From contig CAXXMR010000007.1 in NCBI GenBank assembly GCA_963663805.2, forward strand, positions 17,667 to 81,666: a stretch of 64,000 nt of DNA. Direction: 5' to 3'. This DNA is from Sedimentisphaerales bacterium. Lineage in GTDB: Bacteria; Planctomycetota; Phycisphaerae; Sedimentisphaerales; SM23-30. This document shows, one piece after another, positions 21,539-31,069 of this stretch (positions are counted from its first letter, which is position 1; the number at the start of each line of letters is the position of its first letter). Below the pieces are notes generated by a model. That model searched no databases. It was not told the origin of the DNA and saw nothing but the letters and a program-made list of their open reading frames with translations. The position numbers and the translations under genes were made by a program.

Positions 21539-22360
21539 ATGGCCAAAACAACCGCCCAGGATGATGCCCCAAAGGTATTTAAACAGCTTAATTACGGGAC
21601 CGGCTCTTACCTCGAGAGTACGAGCCGCCCTCTTTACGCGCTGCTTTTTCTGCTGCCGCTGATAGCTGTATATGAAGTTGGCACGTTGCTGGTTAATACC
21701 GACCAGATTGCCCACACTCAGTCTCGTGTGGCTGCCTTTACATGGCTGATGGGGCTGGCGGAATGGATTGGCATTAAACGACAATTGACCTTTGCCTTCC
21801 CCGGTTTTGTGGTCTTTGTCATTTTGCTTTGCTGGCATATCGCTACGGGTCAATCGTGGAAAGTGAAAATTTCCCGGCTGCTCTGGATGTGGCTGGAGTG
21901 TTTGATACTGACAGTGCCTCTTTTTGCCCTGGGCGCGATTATGAACAGCTCGAAGGATTTCGCCTCGGCTTTTCAGCCGGCTGCCGCGGGCGCTATGGTT
22001 TCCAGCGAATACGGAGCTAAGCTGGTTACCAGTATCGGTGCCGGCATATACGAAGAACTGGTCTTTCGCCTGATTCTGATGGGGTTGGTGGTTATGCTCT
22101 TTGAGGACGTATTGAAATCCAAGGGGCATATTGCTGCTATTTTTGCCGTGAGCATTTCTTCGCTGCTGTTTTCTACCCATCATTATTACGGTGTTGCCGA
22201 CGGACATATTCAGCGTCTGGCCTCCGAGCCTTTCACGCTGGGCGGATTTGTTTTCCGAGCCATCGCGGGAGTATATTTTGCGGTTCTTTTCCGTCTCAGA
22301 GGCTATGGCATCACTGCCGGCACCCATGCCGCGTACAATATTGTTCTATTCAGCTTTTAA
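21539..22360 (+). CDS. CPBP (CAAX protease/Abi) family intramembrane metalloprotease
   Basis: YEELVFR, FSTHH, HAAYN motifs; multiple TMs; start moved to MAKTT. Confidence 0.88.
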   Translation: MAKTTAQDDAPKVFKQLNYGTGSYLESTSRPLYALLFLLPLIAVYEVGTLLVNTDQIAHTQSRVAAFTWLMGLAEWIGIKRQLTFAFPGFVVFVILLCWHIATGQSWKVKISRLLWMWLECLILTVPLFALGAIMNSSKDFASAFQPAAAGAMVSSEYGAKLVTSIGAGIYEELVFRLILMGLVVMLFEDVLKSKGHIAAIFAVSISSLLFSTHHYYGVADGHIQRLASEPFTLGGFVFRAIAGVYFAVLFRLRGYGITAGTHAAYNIVLFSF

Positions 22361-22372
22361 CCATCAGCACAC

Positions 22373-23935
22373 ATGACAAAAAATAATATCCATCTAATTT
22401 CGCATTTCTCACCCCGACGGTCTGGCTGTTTCTGTCTGTTAATAGTTTCATTATTGGTACTATCCGGCTGCCGCACCGTTCCCAATTTTCCCGACCGGGC
22501 TCTTTGTGTCAAACCCGCGGAACAAGGGCGCTGGGTTTACTGGGACACCGACGATGACAATATCTCCGATTATTGCCAATACCAGGACACCTCCGGCAGA
22601 AAAACTAAGCTCGCATTTCGTACTCAAACAGTTTCGACAAACTCTGAAGATTTGACATTCCACAAGCTCAATGCCCCCGGACCTGCCGACCAATGGACCC
22701 AACTTATCAATCTGGACGATGCGGTTCCCGATGCGCCCCACTTTATAATAATTCTTGACGGAGCCCCCTGGCATCTTGTTGATATGCTCTATCGCGAGGG
22801 GCATTTTCGCCTGTTCTATCCACCCAAGAAAGTTATCAGCTGTTTCCCCAGTATGACCGACCTAGCTTTTTCGAGGGTTTTCGGTACTCGCCAACCCATC
22901 GCTTATCAAGCTCGATATTTCGATCGAGAAACCAACCGTATCGAAGGCGGCGATACAGCCTATATGGACGGCAATAACGCCGGATGGTGGCAGAAACTTC
23001 AGTACCGTGCTACCCCTCGCGCGGTCGCATTGGCCTATATTCAACCCGAAATGATGTGGGACCATGAACTGCGTCAGATGGCAGATTTATTCAGCAAAGC
23101 TGACACCGGTACAACTATTGTTTACAGTATGGCCTCGGCGGGACTGGGTACGCAGGGCGGACGTGAAGCAATGCTTGATTACCTCAGAACAGTCGACCTG
23201 CTCTGCGAAAAAAATGTCCATGAACGGCAGGGAAAGGTAAAAATCTCCATCTTTGCTGACCACGGTCACGGCATGGCAGGTCGCCGAAGGGTTACTTTCG
23301 ATGATGTACTCATCAACAACGGCTATAATCCCTCAGGCAGGCTCGACAACCCCAATGACGTTGTCGCGGTGGAGTTCGGCCTGGTCAATTACGCAGCCTT
23401 TTTCACTAACGAACCCGCTGGAACAGCCCGGGCTATTCTTTCGGACCCCGTGACCAGTCTGGCTTGTTACCCTGATGGCGATTCGGTCATCGTCCGCACC
23501 ATCGAATACCAGGCCCGCATCCAAAAATCAGGCAATGGTTACATTTACATTATGGATGACGGCGACCCCCTTAATCTCGCCGATACTATCGAACGATTAC
23601 GACAGGCGGGCAAAGTTACCCCCGAAGGCATTATTGACGACCAGGCTTTTTTTCAGGCCACGATAAACCATGAATATCCAGATGCGTTAAGAAGAATTTA
23701 TTTTGCGTTTAACGGCCTCGTCCAGAAACCCGCCGACTTGATAGTCTGCCTCCGCGAAGGATACAGCCACGGGAAATTATTCTTCGACCTGGCGCTCGGT
23801 CGGGCCGTTAGTGCACACGGCTCACTCAACCAGTTGAACTCAGCCACGTTTATGCTTACCATGTGGGCTGACGGACCACCGGCCCTGCGTCTGGAAGATG
23901 TTTTACCCTGCCTGGACAAGCTGGCCGAAAAATAA
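22373..23935 (+). CDS. Lipoprotein, alkaline-phosphatase/phosphodiesterase superfamily
   Basis: Lipobox LSGC; IILDG, FPSMT, FADHG, HGSL motifs. Confidence 0.65.
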   Translation: MTKNNIHLISHFSPRRSGCFCLLIVSLLVLSGCRTVPNFPDRALCVKPAEQGRWVYWDTDDDNISDYCQYQDTSGRKTKLAFRTQTVSTNSEDLTFHKLNAPGPADQWTQLINLDDAVPDAPHFIIILDGAPWHLVDMLYREGHFRLFYPPKKVISCFPSMTDLAFSRVFGTRQPIAYQARYFDRETNRIEGGDTAYMDGNNAGWWQKLQYRATPRAVALAYIQPEMMWDHELRQMADLFSKADTGTTIVYSMASAGLGTQGGREAMLDYLRTVDLLCEKNVHERQGKVKISIFADHGHGMAGRRRVTFDDVLINNGYNPSGRLDNPNDVVAVEFGLVNYAAFFTNEPAGTARAILSDPVTSLACYPDGDSVIVRTIEYQARIQKSGNGYIYIMDDGDPLNLADTIERLRQAGKVTPEGIIDDQAFFQATINHEYPDALRRIYFAFNGLVQKPADLIVCLREGYSHGKLFFDLALGRAVSAHGSLNQLNSATFMLTMWADGPPALRLEDVLPCLDKLAEK

Positions 23936-23951
23936 CCAAATGAGGAGAATT

Positions 23952-24554
23952 ATGGCAAATTTTGATAAAAAAAAGTTTCGGTTCGTAATGGCGCTCACGC
24001 TCTTACGTGTTCCAATCGCAGCCATTTTCGCCATTTTGCTCATCTGCTGTCCCGACACACCTGAGCGACTCGGCCTTTATCGCATAGCTATTGGTGTATT
24101 GCTGCTGGGCTTAATCGAAGTCACCGACGTTATGGATGGTTTTCTCGCTCGTCGCTGGGGGGTCGTCACCGAATGGGGGGCCATGCTCGACCCTTACGCC
24201 GACAGTACCGCCCGACTTGTGGTCTACTGGACCCTGGCTGTCAGCGGACTGGCCAGCGTTCTGGTACCCCTGGTCATGGCTCTTCGCGATATAACCGTAG
24301 CCTATTGCCGGGTGACCTTAACCCGTGGCGGGCAATCGGTTTCTGCAAAACTTAGCGGTAAAATCAAAGCTGTGGTCCAGGGAGCGGCCGCATTTGGACT
24401 GGTGACCGGCCCATTGTACTGGAATCACACCGGACTTTGGCCCAAAACCATATTTTCCGCCATTGTGATTCTTGTAACGGCCATCTCCGTGGCAGAATAT
24501 TTAATTGCCGCAATAAAATCTTCGATACCCCAAAAAACTGATAATAGCTTGTAA
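23952..24554 (+). CDS. CDP-alcohol phosphatidyltransferase (PgsA-like)
   Basis: TDVMDGFLARRWGVVTEWGAMLDPYAD signature; RBS GAGGAG before ATG 23952. Confidence 0.9.
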   Translation: MANFDKKKFRFVMALTLLRVPIAAIFAILLICCPDTPERLGLYRIAIGVLLLGLIEVTDVMDGFLARRWGVVTEWGAMLDPYADSTARLVVYWTLAVSGLASVLVPLVMALRDITVAYCRVTLTRGGQSVSAKLSGKIKAVVQGAAAFGLVTGPLYWNHTGLWPKTIFSAIVILVTAISVAEYLIAAIKSSIPQKTDNSL

Positions 24555-24622
24555 TGTATAGCTTTAGTCAGTTATGCCAACGTCCAAATAACATTTCGGA
24601 CAGTCCAACACTCTTTTTTGGG

Positions 24623-24652
24623 CTTGACAAATCCACATTTATCAAGTATTTT
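24623..24652 (+). promoter_or_regulatory. Sigma70-type promoter overlapped by an imperfect palindrome
   Basis: TTGACA (24624-24629), 17-nt spacer, TATTTT; CTTGAcAAATccacATTTaTCAAG dyad. Confidence 0.55.
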
Positions 24653-24833
24653 TAACACTCGGTGAGAGGTGAGAGAGAAGTCCCCTCTTAACTCTGAAGT
24701 GTGTATTTGTGGCTGTGTTTACCCGTTTACGGGTGCGTGTGTGTGATTGTGCCTGATTTTCAGGCGGTGAGAGAAGACTTAAACCTCGTTATGGAACGTA
24801 TTTAAGGACGTTCCGGGAAGAAGGAGAGTCCTT

Positions 24834-25529
24834 ATGAAGAAGCTGTTAGTGTTTCTGGCAATTGGATTGCTGTTTAGTTCCGTCGCTTATGCGACCAGCA
24901 GTCCTATAGTTCAGACAAAGTATTACGATGATGAAGTGATCAACATTAGTGACACGATGACGTTTGATAAGTTTGACCCTGCGTTGGGTACTTTGAATTA
25001 CGTCAAATTGACCCTGTCATTGGAAGTCGTTTCCGGTGGATTTGTTGCAGATAATGACAGTACGTCCCCGGCAACTGTAAGCTACACTTGGTTAATTGTT
25101 GCAGGTCTGATTTCCAGTGACGTATTTATCAGTCCTGCGGTTGGTTTCACGATGTCTGATACGGTGTTGGTATCCTTGGATGGCGACCCTGATTATGACG
25201 GAACCAATGACCCACAAGCAGCGATTATTGATGGGACCGCACCGGATGGCCATGTCTTGGATATTACTGGCGAAAGCGATAGTAGTTCCCAGTTTATGGC
25301 GGTTGGGGCAGCCATGAATAGCTATATCGGGCCTGGTACCTTTGACATTGATCTCACGGCTATCCGTGATTTTGAAATCTCCGGTGGTAGTGGTGTTGAA
25401 GGTGGGTATACCAATATGCTAGCTGATGGTTTTGTTGAAGTTGAGTACTGTTACACAGTACCCGAACCGATGACCATGAGTCTGCTGGCTCTGGGTGGTC
25501 TGGCAGTTGTTCGCAGAAAACGTTCCTAA
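24834..25529 (+). CDS. PEP-CTERM exosortase-target protein (choice-of-anchor E-like)
   Basis: Signal peptide; FDKFDPALGTL; C-terminal VPEPMTMSLLALGGLAVVRRKRS. Confidence 0.9.
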   Translation: MKKLLVFLAIGLLFSSVAYATSSPIVQTKYYDDEVINISDTMTFDKFDPALGTLNYVKLTLSLEVVSGGFVADNDSTSPATVSYTWLIVAGLISSDVFISPAVGFTMSDTVLVSLDGDPDYDGTNDPQAAIIDGTAPDGHVLDITGESDSSSQFMAVGAAMNSYIGPGTFDIDLTAIRDFEISGGSGVEGGYTNMLADGFVEVEYCYTVPEPMTMSLLALGGLAVVRRKRS

Positions 25530-25551
25530 GCGTTTTCAGTGCCTAAATATT

Positions 25552-25589
25552 AAGGGCTGAGAGTCGTGAGACTTTCAGCCCTTTTTTTA
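25552..25589 (+). terminator. Intrinsic terminator
   Basis: aagggctgagagtc-gtga-gactttcagccc followed by a T run. Confidence 0.85.
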
Positions 25590-25597
25590 TCCCCTCC

Positions 25598-25635
25598 CGC
25601 ACAGCCAATTTACCAACGCACAGCCAATTTACCAA
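25598..25635. repeat. Perfect 19-bp tandem duplication cgcacagccaatttaccaa x2
   Basis: 25598-25616 identical to 25617-25635. Confidence 0.9.
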
Positions 25636-25636
25636 A

Positions 25637-26266
25637 TTATACCTTTTGTTTAATTGTCGCCACCAACGACCGCGTTTCCACGCTTTGACTCTTCTGGGCC
25701 TCCTTAAACTGGCTGGAAACCTCCGGATTCTGCTGTTTGAAAAGCTCATTGCCGACAATAACCTCTTCAAGTGCTTTACTTTTTTGTCGGGCCGCTACCA
25801 GCAACGCCGCCGCCTTAGTACCCCAGACGCCACCCAGTAACCCCGCCAAGCCAATACCTAACTCCAGAACATTATCAGCGACCTGCCAGGTATCAGGTCG
25901 CAATATCGCTGAATTATACGCAGACTCGGTGATTAAGGAATTATTCTCACTCAACAAATCAGCCATAGTGCCTGTAGCCGGCAATGATTCCGGCATCCCA
26001 TAATACGCCAGAAATATCTCACCCTGCCTCTCTGCCCGGTCGGTTAGAGACTTAAGCTGCGTCGAAGCCTCCTCCTGACGCGCCTGATTCGCCGCTGCCG
26101 CCAAAGTTTTCTGATGCAGATAAGCGTTTTGCTTCTGCTTCTCATCCGGTGCCAAACGCAATTGTCCGCAACCGGAAAAAGTGATTAGCAATAATCCCAA
26201 AATCAACACCACAAAAAACACCTTAGTTTTTTCACCCTGTCCCATCATCAGCCTCCTGTCATTCAC
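25637..26266 (-). CDS. Hypothetical lipoprotein, last gene of the phage-like operon
   Basis: Hydrophobic signal with FSGC lipobox; second hydrophobic/Gly-rich segment. Confidence 0.7.
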   Translation of the reverse strand: MNDRRLMMGQGEKTKVFFVVLILGLLLITFSGCGQLRLAPDEKQKQNAYLHQKTLAAAANQARQEEASTQLKSLTDRAERQGEIFLAYYGMPESLPATGTMADLLSENNSLITESAYNSAILRPDTWQVADNVLELGIGLAGLLGGVWGTKAAALLVAARQKSKALEEVIVGNELFKQQNPEVSSQFKEAQKSQSVETRSLVATIKQKV

Positions 26267-26592
26267 AAGTTACTATCGTTATTAACACCAACAGAAAAAG
26301 TAATATTACGTTTGTCCCCCCAAGCATCACCCGCCTGTATCCTCTCCAAATCCCGCAAACGAATTTCAAAATCATCCGATAGCTGTGACAAATCTCTAAT
26401 TTGCTCCCGGTTTTCGATATTAGACTCAATAATCCGAGCCAAATCCTGTCTTATCAGCATCAACTCATTCTGCAAATCATTCCAGGCCGTCACCAGCATT
26501 ACCAGCAAAGCCAGCACATGCAGTACCGTCCCCAAAGTTATCTCTCGCCGAAACTGCCAACCCGTATGTTTTTTTAAATTCACCCTGGCCAT
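26263..26592 (-). CDS. Hypothetical TM + coiled-coil protein
   Basis: One TM then heptad coiled coil; 4-bp overlap with the next gene. Confidence 0.7.
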   Translation of the reverse strand: MARVNLKKHTGWQFRREITLGTVLHVLALLVMLVTAWNDLQNELMLIRQDLARIIESNIENREQIRDLSQLSDDFEIRLRDLERIQAGDAWGDKRNITFSVGVNNDSNL

Positions 26593-26615
26593 AACACCTC
26601 CTCACACCTCACCGC

Positions 26616-28430
26616 TCAGCTAAAACTAATCTTAGTTCGCCAGTCGTTCTCAAGCTCAAACTTGACCTGGCCAATCTGGGGACGATAACCGGAACGCAAT
26701 GACATACTGGAAACATCTAAATTTCGCCCCGAAACCTTATCTATGACGGCTCCCGGCTTAATATCAGCCCGCAGCCAGGGCAGCCTAATTTGCCCTGTAA
26801 GCTCCTCGCGCCTCAATAACGCTAATTGATTTCGTACCCTCTCACGCAAAGAAGCCTTATCGTCAACCACATCAGCCAAACTCAATTGCCCAGACTTATC
26901 ACCCCAGAAAACACTCTCGGAAGTAACCTGTTTATATTCAAACAAACCGCCCCAGTCATAACAAACCCGACGCACCGGCCGCATAGTATCTATCGACCCA
27001 TCATTCACCACCACCTCCAATCGCTCATCCGAAATAACCGAAGCGGTAACCCTCAATCGCAACGTATTGCCTAAAATCGCCGCCTGCATCTCACCGCTAA
27101 ACTCATTACTGCTCAGATAAACCCCGCACTCATCCTGCAAATTATGAAACATTCCCGGATATTTCTGCCACTCACTACCGCCGTCATAAGACACCTCAAG
27201 ATAATAACCCAAAGATTCGCCGTGCATGTCACGACTAAGGCAGGGCCAAAATCTCCTCTTGCGTTTTTCATAAAGCCCAGTCCCCAGCAAAGCACTCAAA
27301 TCATAAGCCGCACCACGCGAATAAGGTTCACCGCTGTATGCCCCCGATTCATTCAAAACCCACCGCCGATAAACATCTTTCACCAAAGCGAAATTTTCGT
27401 TATGTTCCGGCGAATAAAATTCAAAATCATTGCCTTCCAGCCCCGAATCCCACCCCCCTAACAATTCAAACGTGCCTTCAAACCGCTTATAATCTCCCCT
27501 GCCTACAACCTGAATACTCTCGGATAAACATTTACTTTTCAAACTGCATTCAGATAAATTCGTTTCGCGTAAATTTAGTTCGTTACCCGCCCTTTGATGG
27601 GATAACAGAACCTTCCTTCCCTTGCCAATCTCATAAAAACAAAATTTCGTGCGACATCTCTGCCCCTCAACCGGCACATAATCAACAAAATAGTTTAAAC
27701 CAACTTCATGGCAAACTTTATCCAACGCCCCCAGGATACTCATGCCCGCAACATCAACATCACGCAAAATATGACCGCCAGCTAAACCCTCCAGATATTC
27801 GTAATCCTCCGCCTTCGTTACCATATTCGAAAAATAAATACTCGCTAGGTACCAGATCGCCTTGGCCCCGCTCCAATGCTTTCCCTGCCCCGTATTGCAA
27901 AAAACATGACCCGAATATCCGTCTCCGGAAACTTTATTCAACGAACAGTTGGGCCTTCCCGTCGGATTAAAGACCACTTTTTCTCCGTTCAAATGAATTA
28001 TATCACTGCCATTCCAAACCCTGATGCCGTCAATCGCCTTACGATCATAAGCTGCCCGGTCACAACCATAAACATCCATCAACTCTTGTCGGCCCGACAT
28101 ATCGACCTGTCCCTGAAAAACCACCCCCTCAAATAAAGGCCATCGTATCTTCTGATTGCCAATCGCGTCAGCATTGGTTTCCAGCACAACCATTATTCGC
28201 TGACCCGACCGGGCACACGTTGCCATATTTTCAAGACGAGCCTCAGAACCGGACAAGTTTTCTTTAACCGCCAAACAAACTTGATTCAATGCGGAACCAG
28301 CTCTGTATATTATTTGCTTTACTCCCAGCCAGTCCGCTCGCTCACCGTCAATCTCAACCAATAGCTCAGGAGACTTAAAACAAAATTGGCTGGGCCGTGG
28401 GTCATAAAAAGTCACAATATTGTCTGCCAC
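26616..28430 (-). CDS. Hypothetical protein, possibly baseplate hub/tail-tip-like
   Basis: 604 aa, GGAGG RBS; LFEGVV...YGCD and ILGALDKVC..VGL..FVD resemble hub-protein patterns; context. Confidence 0.5.
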   Translation of the reverse strand: MADNIVTFYDPRPSQFCFKSPELLVEIDGERADWLGVKQIIYRAGSALNQVCLAVKENLSGSEARLENMATCARSGQRIMVVLETNADAIGNQKIRWPLFEGVVFQGQVDMSGRQELMDVYGCDRAAYDRKAIDGIRVWNGSDIIHLNGEKVVFNPTGRPNCSLNKVSGDGYSGHVFCNTGQGKHWSGAKAIWYLASIYFSNMVTKAEDYEYLEGLAGGHILRDVDVAGMSILGALDKVCHEVGLNYFVDYVPVEGQRCRTKFCFYEIGKGRKVLLSHQRAGNELNLRETNLSECSLKSKCLSESIQVVGRGDYKRFEGTFELLGGWDSGLEGNDFEFYSPEHNENFALVKDVYRRWVLNESGAYSGEPYSRGAAYDLSALLGTGLYEKRKRRFWPCLSRDMHGESLGYYLEVSYDGGSEWQKYPGMFHNLQDECGVYLSSNEFSGEMQAAILGNTLRLRVTASVISDERLEVVVNDGSIDTMRPVRRVCYDWGGLFEYKQVTSESVFWGDKSGQLSLADVVDDKASLRERVRNQLALLRREELTGQIRLPWLRADIKPGAVIDKVSGRNLDVSSMSLRSGYRPQIGQVKFELENDWRTKISFS

Positions 28431-28444
28431 TTCAACCTCCTGAT

Positions 28445-28762
28445 TTAGTCCGCCACTCTTAGACGCACTATTGACAAAGTACCCAACTCCTGCCTGCCTG
28501 TCCCGGAAATACGTCGTACAGCATAAAAAATATCACTGCCCGAAACATGCCCTAACGAATCTGTAACCTCAAAATCACCTGCCATATCTGCAACCACCAC
28601 TATCGAGTCATAATCAATGTTGTCAATGGTATCCCCACCTCGATAAATCGTATAACAATCCTGCCGCCTCACCCAGAAATCACCTTCCAGCAAACTCTGG
28701 CAGAGCAAAACACCATTACCAAAATCACCTTCGGTTAAACTGTTGAATAAATTGCTATCCAT
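28445..28762 (-). CDS. Hypothetical protein (phage-like operon)
   Basis: 105 aa, translationally coupled to the upstream gene. Confidence 0.65.
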   Translation of the reverse strand: MDSNLFNSLTEGDFGNGVLLCQSLLEGDFWVRRQDCYTIYRGGDTIDNIDYDSIVVVADMAGDFEVTDSLGHVSGSDIFYAVRRISGTGRQELGTLSIVRLRVAD

Positions 28763-29208
28763 TATTCCACCGCCTTCGGCAGCCTCGTCAATACTCCATT
28801 GGCATCAACCATTTCCAGTTTCATTTCGGAACTGACCCCATCTGTCTTGAATATCTCAACCTCCCCATCAGCCTTGCTCTGGCTGCCCTTATGAGCAATC
28901 CGCGCCAGCCCCAACCCGCGTAATGTAACCGCCACAGGCTTATACCTGTACGCGTCAGCTAACTCTTCCCCACCGTCTATCACCCCCACCAAATCTTCCG
29001 TTACTGCATCCCAGGGGCTGCTCCCAAAAGTAATATCAAAACAATACCAACCCGGAGCATTAGCCGCCGAAACCTCACTTATCGCAGACCCGGTATTAGC
29101 CGCCGTTGTCTTATCTACGCCATCCTCTGCTGTTGCCAAACCTTTCCATACGGGATTCAAATCAGCCACCGGCCCATCGTCATCCGAAAAATAAACATAA
29201 TATAACAT
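28762..29208 (-). CDS. Hypothetical protein (phage-like operon)
   Basis: Likely start MLYYVYF just after the upstream stop, with GGAG RBS. Confidence 0.65.
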   Translation of the reverse strand: MLYYVYFSDDDGPVADLNPVWKGLATAEDGVDKTTAANTGSAISEVSAANAPGWYCFDITFGSSPWDAVTEDLVGVIDGGEELADAYRYKPVAVTLRGLGLARIAHKGSQSKADGEVEIFKTDGVSSEMKLEMVDANGVLTRLPKAVE

Positions 29209-29209
29209 T

Positions 29210-30721
29210 TCAAAATACTCCTGTGACAGAACCGTTAAAAGATTGAACATCCCCACGATTACGTACGGTATGAAGCGTGTCTAACGCACCAATCACCGAA
29301 TTGCCAGATTCTAAAACATCACCGCCGGCCCCTACCAGTGGACTATATGGCTTTGGCGAAAAATCCTTCTCGCCATCAGCGATATTCATGAAATAAGGCT
29401 CGCCTGTTATATTACACCCCTGGCCGTAATTCGCCCAATCACTATCCGAAACTTCCCAGGCATGAGCCATGCCGTTGCCATAAGCATGATTATGAGAAAA
29501 CGCCGCACATGATTTGGCAGGCAAGTCAAAACCATATGTGCCATTGTTGCACGAGGTATTATTAAAAATGGACCAAGAAAACGTTATACTGGACATTTCT
29601 ATGCCACTATTAGCGTTACCGTAGAATACGTTGCCAATTACCGCACACTGCGCACAACTGGTATTGCCAACGCCGAGACCATGCCCGAAACCATCCTTGC
29701 CATTGTTACAACTGATGCTATTCAGAAACAAAAGATGCTGAGCATACAAATGAATGCCGTGCGAATCATTATCATGAATATTACAGCACTCTATTTTTAA
29801 GTCCTTGCCGATGGTGTGTACATATAGCCCACACCCACCATTCAAGTAAAACTCGCAATTCAGCATCGATGATTCTTTGCCGGACACGTAAACCCCATGC
29901 TGAGAAGCTCCGTGAAATTTACAACCCCTGAAAACGGCGGCTCCATAAAAAGAGGTCTGAACAACTTTTACACAATACGCCGCACAATCGCTGTCCTTGC
30001 CCCCGCTGTCAAAATCAATATGGGAAAAATCGTAAAATGTAGCTTCAGTTAAATTCAATAAGCCGTTAGGCAATGTTTGATTGGTCGTGACCTTCAGTAA
30101 TTGTGGCTGGCTAAAATCGTTATTCATGCCCACCACGCAAATTTTAGCAAATATTGAACCACTGTTTGTGTCGCAGTCTATCGTATCATTAATCGTTATT
30201 GTTCCCTCATTCATCTCCAAATCACCATTAATCCAAATATGACGATTAAACTCAGTAGCATCATTCATTGGGTCATCAAAAGCATTTTGCAAACCGGTAC
30301 CGCCCCCAAAATCATCGCCAATAGCCCCGCCAACATATACACTGATACCGCTGTCATCGTCCGATGGCAACTCACTTGTGCTGGTATCAACTATGACTAT
30401 TGTATTGTCATCTACTCTATTAATCACATATCTACCGTTAGCGCCTCCGTATTCGCCGCTCCACGAAATAAAGGCAATAGTACCATTAACTACCCCCAGA
30501 CCAAGACCAGTAGCCGTTAATCTAAAAGAAGATAAATCATAACTCGCAGTATATGAGTACGTCTTCGCCTCGCCGTTGTCACCCATAAAATCAGCTACGC
30601 TTCCAGACGCCTCCCAAGCCGCCATAGTGCAACCACCTCCATTCATAGGACCACAGCCCAGCATATTGCCCGTCCCTCCTACAAACATTATCGTTTCAGA
30701 CCTCGGTGCTTCGTATGACAT
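29210..30721 (-). CDS. Right-handed beta-helix protein, putative tail spike/receptor-binding protein
   Basis: Repeats such as CEFYLNGGCG, CNIHDNDSHG, NVFYGNANSG; no signal peptide; phage-like context. Confidence 0.65.
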   Translation of the reverse strand: MSYEAPRSETIMFVGGTGNMLGCGPMNGGGCTMAAWEASGSVADFMGDNGEAKTYSYTASYDLSSFRLTATGLGLGVVNGTIAFISWSGEYGGANGRYVINRVDDNTIVIVDTSTSELPSDDDSGISVYVGGAIGDDFGGGTGLQNAFDDPMNDATEFNRHIWINGDLEMNEGTITINDTIDCDTNSGSIFAKICVVGMNNDFSQPQLLKVTTNQTLPNGLLNLTEATFYDFSHIDFDSGGKDSDCAAYCVKVVQTSFYGAAVFRGCKFHGASQHGVYVSGKESSMLNCEFYLNGGCGLYVHTIGKDLKIECCNIHDNDSHGIHLYAQHLLFLNSISCNNGKDGFGHGLGVGNTSCAQCAVIGNVFYGNANSGIEMSSITFSWSIFNNTSCNNGTYGFDLPAKSCAAFSHNHAYGNGMAHAWEVSDSDWANYGQGCNITGEPYFMNIADGEKDFSPKPYSPLVGAGGDVLESGNSVIGALDTLHTVRNRGDVQSFNGSVTGVF

Positions 30722-31068
30722 TATTCACCACCTCCATCATGCCAGATAATCGTGCCCAAACGACCGTCACGTTTTATTGGCTCAACTTCAAAACCGCCCT
30801 TACTGGCAAACCTGTTATCAACCGCGTTGCGATCATGCTCTCCACCGCGAAGCTGAGCAGCAATAAACAAAACATCCGCCTCGAACTCTTTTTCCGCTAA
30901 ATCTTTCTCCAATAATCGCAAAATCGAAGCCTGCCAACGACGCCATGATTCTGCCTGAGACAAATCCAGACCCATATCGTCAGCCGTTAAAGACGCTATC
31001 GCCTCACTTGTCAGCGAATGAGAATCTATGTAGTTTTTTACTATTTGAAATATCGTTCGATTACGCAT
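30721..31068 (-). CDS. Hypothetical protein (phage-like operon)
   Basis: 115 aa, coupled to both neighbours. Confidence 0.6.
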   Translation of the reverse strand: MRNRTIFQIVKNYIDSHSLTSEAIASLTADDMGLDLSQAESWRRWQASILRLLEKDLAEKEFEADVLFIAAQLRGGEHDRNAVDNRFASKGGFEVEPIKRDGRLGTIIWHDGGGE

Positions 31069-31069
31069 C

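Noticed and set aside
29210..30721. Diversity-generating retroelement target
   Set aside because: No reverse transcriptase and no TR/VR repeat pair seen
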